Below, one piece after another: positions 9,648-20,517 of a stretch of 64,000 bases of DNA. The notes below the pieces were generated by a model. The model saw only the letters and a list, made by a program, of their open reading frames with translations, ran no database searches and was not told where the DNA came from. Location of the stretch: contig OZ246416.1 of the NCBI GenBank assembly GCA_965231095.1, positions 50,938 through 114,937 of the forward strand. Reading direction: 5' to 3'. A program made the translations under genes and the position numbers. This DNA is from an uncultured Gammaproteobacteria bacterium. Lineage in GTDB: Bacteria > Patescibacteriota > Patescibacteriia > XYB2-FULL-38-15. Position 1 is the first letter of the stretch, and each line of letters starts with the position of its first letter.

Positions 9648-10997
9648 ATGTCCATAAATTCATCAATTTTTAAGGCTTACGATATCCGCGGGATTTACCC
9701 CGAAGATTTGAATGAAGAGGTAGTATACCGTATTGGCCGGGCGGCGGTTGTTATTACCGGCGCGAAAACCGTGGTGATTGGACGTGATGTCCGCGCTTCG
9801 TCGGACGCCCTTTTTGAATCATTGGCAAAAGGCGTAATGGAACAGGGGGCAAATGTGGTTGATATTGGAGTTGTGACCACTCCAATGTTGAATTTTGCGG
9901 TGGGTGAATATAAGGAGCATGAGGCGGGGATTATGGTGACCGCTTCGCATAATCCGAAAGAATATAATGGTTTAAAATTGTGTTATGAAAATACTTTGCC
10001 AATCGGTGAAAATACGGGCATGGCCGAGCTTGCACGGGCGGCCACGGAAGAGAATTTTCCCGCTGCGCCGACTGTTGGTAAATTGGTAAAAAAAGAAATC
10101 TTGAATGCTTATATAGAAAAAGTTTTAAGTTTGGTGGATGTTAAAAAAATCAAACCGTTAAAAGTTGTGGTGGATACGGCGAACGCGGTGGGGGCGGTTC
10201 CATTGCCCGAAATTTTTAAAAAAATTCCGTGTAAATTAATCCCGCTATATTTTGAACTTGACGGAAATTTTCCAAATCATGAAGCCAATCCGCTGAAAGA
10301 AGAAACTTTGGAAGATTTAAAAAAGAAAGTTTTAGAAGAAGGGGCGGATCTTGGCGTGGCAATTGACGGCGACGCCGACCGGATTGGTTTTGTTGATGAA
10401 AAAGGGAACACTGTGCGCGCTGATTTGATTTCAACTTTGATTGCCAAAGAGTTATTACGGGAAAAACCGGGAGAATTAATTTTATATGATGTGCGTTCAA
10501 GTCTGGTAGTTCGTGAAGAAGTTGAAAACGCTGGCGGCCGGGCGGAAATGTGCCGCGTCGGCCACGCCCCAATAAAAAAACAAATGTGGGATCATGGCGC
10601 GCTTTTTGCCGGGGAATTTTCTTCGCATTTTTATTATCGGGATTTTTATAACGTGGAATCCGGAGATCTGACCATGTTGAAATTATTGGAAATTATTAGC
10701 GAGTCCGGGAAAAATTTTAGAGATATTGTCGCGCCGCTTAATCGGTATTTTCATTCCGGAGAAATAAATTTTAAAGTGAGTGATAAGACGGGAAAAATGA
10801 AAGAATTAGAAAAAAAATATGGCGCCGCGGCAAAAGAAGTTTCTCATCTTGACGGAATTCGTTTGGATTTTTCTGATTGGTGGTTTAATGTCCGGCCGTC
10901 AAATACTGAACCGCTTTTAAGATTAAATTTGGAAGCAAAAACAAAAGAAATGATGGAGGAAAAGAAAAAAGAATTAACAGAGTTTATCAACAAATAA
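9648..10997 (+). CDS. phosphomannomutase/phosphoglucomutase family (alpha-D-phosphohexomutase)
   Basis: FKAYDIRG and TASHNPKEYNGLK active-site serine loop; GVAIDGDADR metal-binding loop. Confidence 0.85.
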   Translation: MSINSSIFKAYDIRGIYPEDLNEEVVYRIGRAAVVITGAKTVVIGRDVRASSDALFESLAKGVMEQGANVVDIGVVTTPMLNFAVGEYKEHEAGIMVTASHNPKEYNGLKLCYENTLPIGENTGMAELARAATEENFPAAPTVGKLVKKEILNAYIEKVLSLVDVKKIKPLKVVVDTANAVGAVPLPEIFKKIPCKLIPLYFELDGNFPNHEANPLKEETLEDLKKKVLEEGADLGVAIDGDADRIGFVDEKGNTVRADLISTLIAKELLREKPGELILYDVRSSLVVREEVENAGGRAEMCRVGHAPIKKQMWDHGALFAGEFSSHFYYRDFYNVESGDLTMLKLLEIISESGKNFRDIVAPLNRYFHSGEINFKVSDKTGKMKELEKKYGAAAKEVSHLDGIRLDFSDWWFNVRPSNTEPLLRLNLEAKTKEMMEEKKKELTEFINK

Positions 10998-10999
10998 TT

Positions 11000-11785
11000 A
11001 TGATTGGAGTTTTTGATTCGGGTGTTGGCGGCCTGACGGTGGTGCGCGAGATAATTAAAAAATTACCGGATTACAAAATTATTTATTTCGGCGACACGGC
11101 GCGAACTCCGTATGGCACTAAAAGCAAAGAGACAATTATAAAATACGCCCGCGAAGACGCTAAATTTTTATTGGATCACGGCGCGAAAATAATTGTTATC
11201 GCTTGTAATACCGCCTCGGCCGTGGCGGCGGAGGTTTTGCAGGAAGAATTAAATGTTCCAGTTTTTGAAGTGATTATCCCGGCCGTTTCGGCGGCAGTTT
11301 CCGCGACGCGCGGGAAAATCGGGGTGATTGGGACGCGAGCCACGATTAGAAGCGGCGTTTACGAGGAAATGATAAAAAAAGAAAATAAAAATATAGAGGT
11401 GGAAAGCCAAGCCTGTCCGCTTCTTGTGCCGCTCGTGGAAGAAGCTTGGTTAAACCAGCCGGAAACGAAAAAAATTGTTAGAAAATATCTTCAGCCGTTA
11501 AAAAATAAGCAGATTGATACGTTAATTTTGGGCTGTACGCATTATCCGGTTTTAAAAAATATTATTAAAACGCGGATCGGCCGGAAGGTTAAATTGGTGG
11601 ATTCGGCCGAAGAGGTGGTGGGTAATTTAGAAAAATTTTTGGCGAAAAATAGCGAGGTAGAAAAAAGTTTGGAGAAAGATGGTGAACATAAATTTTTTGT
11701 TTCCGACTTGACGGAGCAGGTGCCGAAAATCGCGGAGAAGTTACTTGGCAGAGCGGTAAAATTTGAAAAAGCGGAAGTGGGGTAA
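11000..11785 (+). CDS. murI: glutamate racemase
   Basis: VFDSGVGGLTV, IACNTAS, LGCTHYP motifs. Confidence 0.9.
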   Translation: MIGVFDSGVGGLTVVREIIKKLPDYKIIYFGDTARTPYGTKSKETIIKYAREDAKFLLDHGAKIIVIACNTASAVAAEVLQEELNVPVFEVIIPAVSAAVSATRGKIGVIGTRATIRSGVYEEMIKKENKNIEVESQACPLLVPLVEEAWLNQPETKKIVRKYLQPLKNKQIDTLILGCTHYPVLKNIIKTRIGRKVKLVDSAEEVVGNLEKFLAKNSEVEKSLEKDGEHKFFVSDLTEQVPKIAEKLLGRAVKFEKAEVG

Positions 11786-11832
11786 ATAATTTAAAGATGA
11801 TCATAAATCATAATTTTTAATAAAATAAAAAA

Positions 11833-12942
11833 ATGTTTCTTACTATAATCGTTTTTATCCTAATCCTCGGCCTTCTCGTTTTTGTCCACGAGCTTGGTCA
11901 TTTTGTCGCCGCGAGAAAAAACGGCGTAAAGGTTGAGGAATTTGGTTTTGGTTTTCCTCCGAGAATTTTTGGGATAAAAAGGGGAGACACAATTTATTCC
12001 TTAAATTGGATACCGCTCGGAGGTTTTGTAAAAATTAAAGGTGAAGGAGGAGAAAACAGGGAAGATGAGGACAGTTTTTCTCATAAAAAAATTTGGCGGC
12101 GCGCGGTAATTTTGGCGGCGGGAGTTTTGATGAATTTTATTTTGGCGGCCGTTCTTTTGTCCATCGGTTTTATGGTCGGCTTGCCTCAAGTGGTTGACGG
12201 AGAAAATGGTTATGCCAAAGTTAAAGACGCTAAAGTTCAAGTTGTCCAGATTTTAGAGGGGACGCCGGCCTCAGAGGCGGGGGTGGCGGTGGGAGATGCG
12301 ATTTTAGAAATTGATGGGCAAACCTTGGAAGAAGTTGAAACCATGCAAAATTATCTCGCGGGAAAAATTGACGCGCCGGTGAAATTTGTTTTGGAAAGAG
12401 ACGGGCAAAAAATTGAAAAGGAAATCAGTCCGACGTTTTTGATTGAAACCGGCCGCGGGGGAATTGGCGTGGGGCTTATAAAAACCGGAATAGTTTCTTA
12501 TCCTTGGTATTTATCTTTATGGAAAGGGGCGGAGAGCGCGGTTTTGTTCACCGGAGAAGTGGTGGTCGCTTTTTATGAATTAATTAAAAATTTAATTGTC
12601 ACGCAAAAAGTTTCCGTTGATCTCTCGGGTCCGGTCGGTATCGCGGTTTTGACCGGACAAGTGGCGAGAATGGGAATAATTTATCTTTTGCAATTTACAG
12701 CGCTGCTCTCTATAAATTTAGCAGTGATAAATTTTTTGCCGTTTCCGGCGTTGGATGGCGGAAGAATTTTATTTTTGATAATTGAAAAAATTCGCCGCAA
12801 GCCGGTCAGCCAAAAAATTGAAAATTTAGTTCATAATATTGGTTTTGGCCTTCTGATGCTTTTAGTGCTGCTCGTCACTTATCGCGATGTTATAAAATTT
12901 AGCGATAAATTTGTGGGATTGTGGGATAAAATCGTAAAATAA
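11833..12942 (+). CDS. rseP: RIP site-2 metalloprotease (M50, RseP family) with PDZ domain
   Basis: HELGHF HExxH in TM1, PDZ domain, LAVINFLPFPALDGG motif. Confidence 0.85.
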   Translation: MFLTIIVFILILGLLVFVHELGHFVAARKNGVKVEEFGFGFPPRIFGIKRGDTIYSLNWIPLGGFVKIKGEGGENREDEDSFSHKKIWRRAVILAAGVLMNFILAAVLLSIGFMVGLPQVVDGENGYAKVKDAKVQVVQILEGTPASEAGVAVGDAILEIDGQTLEEVETMQNYLAGKIDAPVKFVLERDGQKIEKEISPTFLIETGRGGIGVGLIKTGIVSYPWYLSLWKGAESAVLFTGEVVVAFYELIKNLIVTQKVSVDLSGPVGIAVLTGQVARMGIIYLLQFTALLSINLAVINFLPFPALDGGRILFLIIEKIRRKPVSQKIENLVHNIGFGLLMLLVLLVTYRDVIKFSDKFVGLWDKIVK

Positions 12943-12946
12943 TTAT

Positions 12947-13972
12947 ATGATGCAAGAAAACCTTCAACAATTAAAGGCGCGGGCATTGGATGAAATTAAA
13001 AAAATCGGCGACCAAAATCAGCTGCAAAGTTTGGAAATTAAGTATCTCGGCCGAAAAGGGGAGCTGACAAAAATTTTGCGGACGGTCGGCGAATTGCCGG
13101 CGGAAGAACGCGGAAAAATGGGAGATCTTGCAAATCAGGTGAAGCAAGTTTTGGCGAGCGAAATTGGGCGAGTAAAAAAATCTCTCGGCGAAAAAAGTGG
13201 CGGGGTGACAGATGAAAAAGAATGGATTGATGTGACTGCTTCAAAAACGAGCGACGGTTTTGGCCATTTAAATCCGGTTTCTAAAATTCAGTATGAATTA
13301 GAAGATATTTTTTCTTCTATGGGTTTTATGGTTTTGGACGGCCCGGAACTGGAATCGGAATATTATAATTTTGAGGCGCTGAATATTCCCTCCTGGCATC
13401 CGGCGCGGGAAATGCAAGATACTTTTTACGTTGAAGGTGATGGACTCCTGATGCGCACACAGACTTCGGCGATGCAAGTGCGGGCCATGGAAAAATATGG
13501 AGCGCCACTTCGGGCGATTGTGCCCGGCCGCTGTTTTAGAAATGAGGCGACTGATGCCCGTCATGAACATACATTTTATCAATTTGAAGGCTTTATGGTT
13601 GATAAAAATATTTCTTTTGCCAACTTAAAAGCAGTTTTGGAAGTGGTGGCAAGAAAATTATATGGTCCGGAAACAAAAATGCGCTTGCGGCCAAAATATT
13701 TTCCTTTTGTTGAGCCAGGAGTAAATGGTGAAGTGACCTGTTTTTTGTGCCACGGAAAAGGTTGCCGGCTTTGTAAAAATACCGGATGGTTGGAAATTTT
13801 TGGCGCGGGCTTAATTCATCCAAATGTTTTGAAAGCGGGCGGAATCAATCCGGAAAAATGGAGTGGGTTTGCTTTTGGTTTTGGGCTGACGCGGCTCGCA
13901 ATGCTAAAATATGGTATTGATGACGTTAGATTATTTTGTAGCGGAGATATTAGGTTTTTAAATCAATTTTAA
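12947..13972 (+). CDS. pheS: phenylalanine--tRNA ligase alpha subunit
   Basis: FRNEATDARHEHTFYQFEG and GAGLIHPNVL class II aaRS motifs. Confidence 0.9.
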   Translation: MMQENLQQLKARALDEIKKIGDQNQLQSLEIKYLGRKGELTKILRTVGELPAEERGKMGDLANQVKQVLASEIGRVKKSLGEKSGGVTDEKEWIDVTASKTSDGFGHLNPVSKIQYELEDIFSSMGFMVLDGPELESEYYNFEALNIPSWHPAREMQDTFYVEGDGLLMRTQTSAMQVRAMEKYGAPLRAIVPGRCFRNEATDARHEHTFYQFEGFMVDKNISFANLKAVLEVVARKLYGPETKMRLRPKYFPFVEPGVNGEVTCFLCHGKGCRLCKNTGWLEIFGAGLIHPNVLKAGGINPEKWSGFAFGFGLTRLAMLKYGIDDVRLFCSGDIRFLNQF

Positions 13973-13975
13973 TAT

Positions 13976-16408
13976 ATGAAAATATCTTTAAATTGGCTGA
14001 AAGATTTTGTAAGCGTTTCCAAAAATGTTACGCCGGAAATTTTGGCGTCAAAATTAATGCTCGTGACAACGGAAATTGAAGGAATGGAAAAACGCGGTGA
14101 GGTTTTGGATAAATTAATTGTGGGATATGTCGAAAGCCGAGAGAAACATCCGAATGCCGACCGGCTTTCCGTGACAAAAGTTGATGTTGGTGGCGGGAAA
14201 ATTTTGACGATTGTTTGCGGCGCACCAAACGTCGCGGCCGGACAAAAAGTAGTCGTGGCCTTGCCGGGAGTAACTTTGCCGAATGGTCTCACATTGGAAC
14301 GGCGGGAAGTTCGAGGAATCGTGTCAGAGGGTATGATCTGCTCAGCAGACGAAGTGGGCCTTGGCCCGTCGTCGCACTCCGGGATTTTGGTTTTAAATCC
14401 TTCGGCAAAAGTCGGGACAAAAGTGAGCGAAGTAATGCCCTCGAAAGATGTAATTTATGAAATTGACAATAAATCACTTTCTCATCGAAGCGATCTTTGG
14501 GGACATTATGGTTTGGCGCGGGAAGTGGCGGCGATTCTTGGGCAGAAATTTAAAGAATATAAAATTAAGAAAGCAAAAACGGCGGCGAAGTCCTCAATAA
14601 AATTTGATGTTAAAGTTCAAAATAAAAAATTGTGTCCAAGGTATCTCGGCGTTGTCGTGGAAAATATTAGCGTCGGTCCGTCGCCCGCGTGGCTTGCCGC
14701 GAGATTGGAGGCGGTTGGGGTTCGTTCTATTAATAATATTGTGGATATTACAAATTATGTAATGTTGGAATTTGGCCAGCCGATGCATGCATTTGATTTT
14801 GATAAAATTGGTGACGCGAAACAAAGAACAATTGTGGTTCGGGAAGCAAAAGAGGGAGAAAATTTGACCACGCTTGACGGCGCGCAAAGAAAATTAGATA
14901 AATCCATGCTCGTGATCGCCGATAATAAAAAGGCAGTGGCGATTGCCGGAGTGATGGGCGGGGCAAACAGTGAGGTTGATGAAAAAACCACGGCCATTAT
15001 TTTGGAAGCGGCAAATTTTGATTTTGTCAGTGTCAGAAAAGCTTCAATGAAATTGGGTTTGCGGTCCGAGGCTTCGATCCGTTTTGAAAAAGGACTGGAC
15101 CCGGATCTGGCGGAAATGGGAATGGCGCGGGCGATTGAGCTTATTTTGAAAGTTATGCCCGGAGCAAAACTCGGCGGAAAAATTATTGACGTGAAAAATT
15201 TTAAATTAAATCAGGGTCCGATAAAATTGAGCTTGGATTATTTGGATAAAAAAATCGGCGAAACAATTCCGCCGGCAAAAGTGGTAAGTATTTTAAAATC
15301 TCTAGGTTTTGGAGTGACAAAAGTTGGAAAAAATTTAAATGTTAAAATTCCGAGCTGGCGGGCGACGGGTGATATTAAAATTACCGAAGATTTGATTGAA
15401 GAAGTGGCGCGGGTTTATGGGTACGATAATATCCCGGGAAAAATGCCGGAAGTATCAATGTCGGCGCCGGAAGAAAATCGCGCGCGAAAAGCGGAACGGA
15501 TGGTAAAAAATATTTTGGCCGCTGGGCTCGGGATGACCGAAGTTTATAATTATTCTTTTACCGAGGAAAAGGTTGTAAGAAAATTTGGGCTTAATCCGGC
15601 CGAACATATTAAATTAAAAAATTCCATCAATAAAAATTTAACTCATCTGCGGCAGAGTTTGATTCCCGGGCTGGTGGAAAATATCTCTACCAACCAATAT
15701 TTTGCCGACGAAGTTAGAATTTTTGAAATGGGAAAAATTTTCTTCCGCGAATTGGGAGAATTAAAAAAAGACGGAAAAGGCGCCGAACGTCTGAGCCGGC
15801 AGGATGAATCTTTAGCCGGGATGATTTTGGCAAAAAATAATGAGACCCCGTTTTATGAAGCAAAAGCCGCAGCCGAAGAGATTTTAAACGCCTTGCACAT
15901 CGCGCATAAATTTGAAATTTGGCAAAAAGATTTGCCGACTTGGGCGAACGGGGCGAGAACCGCGAAGATTGTGGCCGGCGGAAGGACGCTGGGAGTTGTG
16001 AGCGAACTTGCGACGGGAGTGCAACAGAGCTCGGGCATCCGGCATCGGGTTGGAATTTTTGGCATGAATTGGTTGAATCTGGTAGAATTACATAAAGAGG
16101 CCGTGGTCTATAAGCCGATTCCTAAATATCCGGGCGTCGAGCTTGATTTGGCGATTTTAGTGCCAAGAAAAACGGTTTGGAATGATGTTTTGAAAAATAT
16201 TTTTGAAACGGAAAATAAATTAGTAAAAGAAGTTAAACTTTTTGATGTTTATGAGGGCAGGGGAATGGAGCCGGGGAAAAAGAGTTTGGCTTTCAGGGTT
16301 GTTTATCTCTCGGACGAGAGGACATTGAAACTTGAAGAGGTAAAAAATGTGGAACAAAAAATCATTAAAAAGTTGGAGCAGAAATTTGGCGCAAAGTTGA
16401 GAAGTTAA
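13976..16408 (+). CDS. pheT: phenylalanine--tRNA ligase beta subunit
   Basis: MKISLNWLKDFV N-terminus, tRNA-binding domain, B3/4, B5, FDX-ACB domains; 810 aa. Confidence 0.9.
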   Translation: MKISLNWLKDFVSVSKNVTPEILASKLMLVTTEIEGMEKRGEVLDKLIVGYVESREKHPNADRLSVTKVDVGGGKILTIVCGAPNVAAGQKVVVALPGVTLPNGLTLERREVRGIVSEGMICSADEVGLGPSSHSGILVLNPSAKVGTKVSEVMPSKDVIYEIDNKSLSHRSDLWGHYGLAREVAAILGQKFKEYKIKKAKTAAKSSIKFDVKVQNKKLCPRYLGVVVENISVGPSPAWLAARLEAVGVRSINNIVDITNYVMLEFGQPMHAFDFDKIGDAKQRTIVVREAKEGENLTTLDGAQRKLDKSMLVIADNKKAVAIAGVMGGANSEVDEKTTAIILEAANFDFVSVRKASMKLGLRSEASIRFEKGLDPDLAEMGMARAIELILKVMPGAKLGGKIIDVKNFKLNQGPIKLSLDYLDKKIGETIPPAKVVSILKSLGFGVTKVGKNLNVKIPSWRATGDIKITEDLIEEVARVYGYDNIPGKMPEVSMSAPEENRARKAERMVKNILAAGLGMTEVYNYSFTEEKVVRKFGLNPAEHIKLKNSINKNLTHLRQSLIPGLVENISTNQYFADEVRIFEMGKIFFRELGELKKDGKGAERLSRQDESLAGMILAKNNETPFYEAKAAAEEILNALHIAHKFEIWQKDLPTWANGARTAKIVAGGRTLGVVSELATGVQQSSGIRHRVGIFGMNWLNLVELHKEAVVYKPIPKYPGVELDLAILVPRKTVWNDVLKNIFETENKLVKEVKLFDVYEGRGMEPGKKSLAFRVVYLSDERTLKLEEVKNVEQKIIKKLEQKFGAKLRS

Positions 16409-16444
16409 TTATATAATTTAAATAATTAATTTGTAGGGGGAAAT

Positions 16445-16726
16445 ATGATTGAGACAAGTAAAGATTTACTTTACGTAGTTTTGGCTTTTTCGGTTTTGTG
16501 GCTGACGATTTTTCTTTCCTGGATGCTTTACTATGTTATAATGATGCTACGTCAGACAAACCAGGCGGTAAAACATTTCCGCGAAAAAATGGAAAAAGTT
16601 AGCCAGGCCGTGGAGAAAATCAAGGAGAAATTTGAAAACACCTCGGCGTATTTGGGGCTTATCGGCAAGGCCGTGGAGAAAATGGTTGAGTTTATTGGGG
16701 AGAGGAAGAAAAAATCCAGAAAGTAG
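16445..16726 (+). CDS. small membrane protein with coiled-coil tail (hypothetical)
   Basis: 93 aa, one TM helix, KE-rich C-terminus; AGGGGG Shine-Dalgarno-like upstream. Confidence 0.45.
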   Translation: MIETSKDLLYVVLAFSVLWLTIFLSWMLYYVIMMLRQTNQAVKHFREKMEKVSQAVEKIKEKFENTSAYLGLIGKAVEKMVEFIGERKKKSRK

Positions 16727-16819
16727 AAAGAGAATAAGAAGTAAGGGTTTTTAAAGTCAAAATTCCTATTTTAGTTTTTTATAATGTAAGGGGGATTTTG
16801 ACTTTTGAGTTTTATAAAT

Positions 16820-19800
16820 ATGTTTGTCCATCTCCACACCCACAGCCACTACTCTCTGCTTGACGGCTTGGCAAAACTTGATGATTTGATTGCCAAAGCC
16901 AAAGCAGAAAAGATGCCGGCGCTGGCCTTAACCGATCACGGCGTGATGTATGGTGTGGTTGAATTTTATCAAAAATGTCGGGCGGCCGGCGTAAAACCGA
17001 TTTTGGGAGTGGAGGCGTATCTCGCGAGAAACGGGCGGCAGAATAAACGGGCAAGAATTGACGAACGGCCATATCACCTCGTACTCCTCGCGAAAAATAA
17101 AACCGGTTATCAAAATCTTATCAAACTGACTTCCATTGCTCATTTGGAAGGTTTTTATTATAAACCAAGAATTGATTGGGAAATTTTGGAAAAATATCAC
17201 GAAGGATTGATTGCTCTCTCGGCTTGTCTTCAGGGGGAAATTCCCGCGTCGGTTTTAAACGGTGATTTAGAAAAAACTAAAGAATTAATTTTAAAATATC
17301 AAAATCTTTTTGGTCCGGAAAATTTTTATTTGGAAATACAGCACCATCCCTCAAGCGAAGAACAAAAAGTTGTAAATCGTGAGTTAATAAATTTTTCTAA
17401 AACCTTGGGCGTGCCGCTTGTCGCGACCAATGATATTCATTATTTAAACTCAGAAGACGCCGAAGCGCAGGATGTTTTGCTTTGCCTTCAGACTAAAAGA
17501 AAAATTAATGAAAAGGATAGAATGTGCATGTTGGGTGAAGATTATTCAATGCGACCGACAGAGCAGATGGAGAGAGATTTTAGCGCGACACCGGAGGCAA
17601 TCGCGAACACCGCAAAAGTTGCCGAGATGTGCAACGTGGAATTGGAGCTTGGGAAAATAATGTTGCCGCACTTTGAAGTGCCGGACGGGAAAACGGCGAA
17701 TGTTTACCTCCGTGAATTATGCGAGAAGGGTTTGGAAAAAAGATATGGGATTGTCCGTGATGGCGAAGAATTTATGGTGAAAGATGGCGCGGGAGAAGTG
17801 GATGTGAATAAAGTTATTGAAAGATTAAATTATGAATTGGGAGTAATTGATAAAACCGGATTTGCATCTTACTTTTTAATTGTTCAGGATTTTGTTAATT
17901 GGGCGAAAAATAATGGAATTGTTGTCGGGCCGGGACGTGGGTCGGCTGCCGGATCAATCGTGTCCTATTTAACAAACATTACAAACATTGATCCGTTGCT
18001 TTACAATTTGCTTTTTGAAAGATTTTTGAATCCGGAAAGAATCAGCATGCCTGATATTGATTTGGATTTTACCGACACCAGGCGCGACGAAGTTATCCGT
18101 TATGTGGAAGGAAAATACGGCCGTGATCATGTGGCGCAGATTATTACTTTTGGAACAATGGCCGCGCGCGCCGCGATCCGCGATGTCGGGCGCGTATTGG
18201 ATTTTCCGTATGGTTTTTGCGATCAGTTAGCAAAATTAATCCCCATGATGTTTACGCTTGATGAAGCTCTAAAAAATATTTTGGAATTTAAGGAAGTATA
18301 CGACAAAGATGTCGGCGCGAAAAAATTAATTGATACGGCGCGAAAATTGGAAGGAGTGGCACGCCACGCTTCAACTCATGCTTGTGGGGTTGTAATTACA
18401 AAAAATCCGCTGGATCACCACACGCCGCTGCAGTTCGCGAGTAGCGGCGACCAGACTATTGTTTCCCAATATTCTCTGCATCCGATTGAAGATTTGGGAC
18501 TTTTGAAAATGGACTTTTTGGGATTGAAAAATTTAACCATTTTGGAAAATACGCTGGGAATTATTGAAAAAATTCATGGTGAAAAAATTCACACGGAAAC
18601 AATTCCGCTGCAAGATGAAAAAACATTTGCGCTTTTGCGAAAAGGGGACACGACGGGTGTGTTCCAATTAGAATCCTCGGGCATGAAAAGATATTTGCGC
18701 GAGTTGAAACCGACAATTTTTGAAGACATCATTGCCATGGTTGCGCTCTATCGGCCGGGACCGATGGACTGGATACCGAGTTTTATTGCCGGGAAAAATT
18801 CAAATAAAAAAATAAAATATCTTCATCCAAAATTGGAGCCGATTTTGGCGACGACGCATGGCATCGCTGTTTATCAAGAACAAGTTTTGCAAATCGCCCG
18901 CGATCTCGCCGGCTTCACTCTTGGCGAAGCGGATATTTTGCGTAAAGCTGTCGGTAAAAAAATCGCCAAACTCCTGGCCGAACAAAAAGAAAAATTTATT
19001 AATGGTTGTATAAAAAATGGCATCAGTAAAGAAACGGCGGAAAATGTTTTTGCTTTTATTGAACCCTTCGCCGGTTATGGTTTTAATCGGTCGCACGCCG
19101 CCTGCTACGCGCGAATTGCTTATGAAACGGCATATTTCAAGGCAAATTATCCGGCCGAATTTATGGCCTCGCTTTTGACTTCAGACCAAGGGGACATTGA
19201 GCGCATCGCTGTTTTGGTTGAAGAATGCAAGCAGATGAAGTTGGAAGTTTTGCCGCCGGATATTAATGAAAGTTTTTCCACTTTTACGGTTGTGGCTGCA
19301 TCCCTCGCCGAAGGCCGGCCGCGCATCAGGTTTGGACTTTTGGCCGTGAAAAATGTTGGAGAAAATATTGTTAAAACGATAATTCATGAAAGAAAAGCAA
19401 ATGGGCCGTATAAAAATTTGGAAGATTTTCTGACGAGAGTCCAGACAAAAGATTTAAATAAAAAATCTTTGGAAAGTTTGATAAAATGCGGGGCGTTGGA
19501 TTTTTTTGGTGAGAGAAATCAGATGCTTCATAATTCGGACAGGCTACTTGATTTTACAAAAGATTTGGGGCGCGAAGCGGCGAGCCAGCAGACAAGTTTA
19601 TTTGGAATGATGGCGACGTCGTCGGGCGTTCCGACGCTACGGCTTGACCCCGCACCTGAGGCGACGAAAGAAGAAAAACTTTCTTGGGAAAAAGAACATC
19701 TTGGATTATACATCAGTGAGCATCCTTTAACCGAGTTTGCGCCCAGTCTCCGGGAAATTGTTGTGGCGTGTTCGGCGCTAAACCAATGTCCGCCCAATAC

Positions 19801-20413
19801 AAAAATAAAAATTGCCGGAGTGATCAATGATGTTAAAAAAGTAATTACGCGAAGCGGTGAGCCGATGATGTTTGCCAAAGTGGAAGATCTGGGCGGTTCC
19901 ACAGAACTTTTAATTTTTCCTAAAACGTTAAAAAATTTAAGCGACGTTTTTCATGTTGGAAAAATGATTCTGGCGGGCGGCCGGCTATCGGATAAAGACG
20001 GGGAGATGAAATTGATTTGTGAAGACGCGAAAGAAATAAATAAAAATAATATCACGGAAGTCGTAAGAAACGCAGGAAAAACAAACGGAAATTTTTATCA
20101 TACGGCTCGATCGGCCGAAGAAAACGGCGCGGCAAAAATTCAAAATGGCCTCGGCGCCCCGCCGGCTTCCGAAATTTTAAATTGTCCCAAGGCCGTGTGT
20201 ATTCGGATAAATTCTTTGGGCGCGGAAACAACGCAAAAATTAAAAGAGATATTTTTTCAATACAAGGGAGAACATAGGGTAGTGCTCTCGGTTTTAAGCC
20301 CTGACGGCAGAAAAAAAATTCAGACAGATTATGCCGTTTCTCCAAACGACGAATGCCGCGCGGCTCTTGAAGCGATAATCGGCAAGGGGAATTTACAGGT
20401 TTTGACAAGTTAG
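16820..20413 (+). CDS. dnaE: DNA polymerase III alpha subunit
   Basis: PHP domain MFVHLHTHSHYSLLDG, polymerase core, OB fold; start moved to the ATG at 16820 rather than the TTG at 16805. Confidence 0.9.
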   Translation: MFVHLHTHSHYSLLDGLAKLDDLIAKAKAEKMPALALTDHGVMYGVVEFYQKCRAAGVKPILGVEAYLARNGRQNKRARIDERPYHLVLLAKNKTGYQNLIKLTSIAHLEGFYYKPRIDWEILEKYHEGLIALSACLQGEIPASVLNGDLEKTKELILKYQNLFGPENFYLEIQHHPSSEEQKVVNRELINFSKTLGVPLVATNDIHYLNSEDAEAQDVLLCLQTKRKINEKDRMCMLGEDYSMRPTEQMERDFSATPEAIANTAKVAEMCNVELELGKIMLPHFEVPDGKTANVYLRELCEKGLEKRYGIVRDGEEFMVKDGAGEVDVNKVIERLNYELGVIDKTGFASYFLIVQDFVNWAKNNGIVVGPGRGSAAGSIVSYLTNITNIDPLLYNLLFERFLNPERISMPDIDLDFTDTRRDEVIRYVEGKYGRDHVAQIITFGTMAARAAIRDVGRVLDFPYGFCDQLAKLIPMMFTLDEALKNILEFKEVYDKDVGAKKLIDTARKLEGVARHASTHACGVVITKNPLDHHTPLQFASSGDQTIVSQYSLHPIEDLGLLKMDFLGLKNLTILENTLGIIEKIHGEKIHTETIPLQDEKTFALLRKGDTTGVFQLESSGMKRYLRELKPTIFEDIIAMVALYRPGPMDWIPSFIAGKNSNKKIKYLHPKLEPILATTHGIAVYQEQVLQIARDLAGFTLGEADILRKAVGKKIAKLLAEQKEKFINGCIKNGISKETAENVFAFIEPFAGYGFNRSHAACYARIAYETAYFKANYPAEFMASLLTSDQGDIERIAVLVEECKQMKLEVLPPDINESFSTFTVVAASLAEGRPRIRFGLLAVKNVGENIVKTIIHERKANGPYKNLEDFLTRVQTKDLNKKSLESLIKCGALDFFGERNQMLHNSDRLLDFTKDLGREAASQQTSLFGMMATSSGVPTLRLDPAPEATKEEKLSWEKEHLGLYISEHPLTEFAPSLREIVVACSALNQCPPNTKIKIAGVINDVKKVITRSGEPMMFAKVEDLGGSTELLIFPKTLKNLSDVFHVGKMILAGGRLSDKDGEMKLICEDAKEINKNNITEVVRNAGKTNGNFYHTARSAEENGAAKIQNGLGAPPASEILNCPKAVCIRINSLGAETTQKLKEIFFQYKGEHRVVLSVLSPDGRKKIQTDYAVSPNDECRAALEAIIGKGNLQVLTS

Positions 20414-20517
20414 TTTTGTTAGTGGAGTTTTACTAAAACCCCATTTTCGTGTATAATTGAATAATGTGTTTTGTTAATATTAGCTCCAAGCGGGGCTGTA
20501 ATATATTTTTTAAAAAT

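Noticed and set aside
16812-20408. Numerous short antisense ORFs inside dnaE, pheT, gyrB, thrS and other long genes
   Set aside because: No start context, embedded in well-supported coding regions on the opposite strand; considered frame noise.
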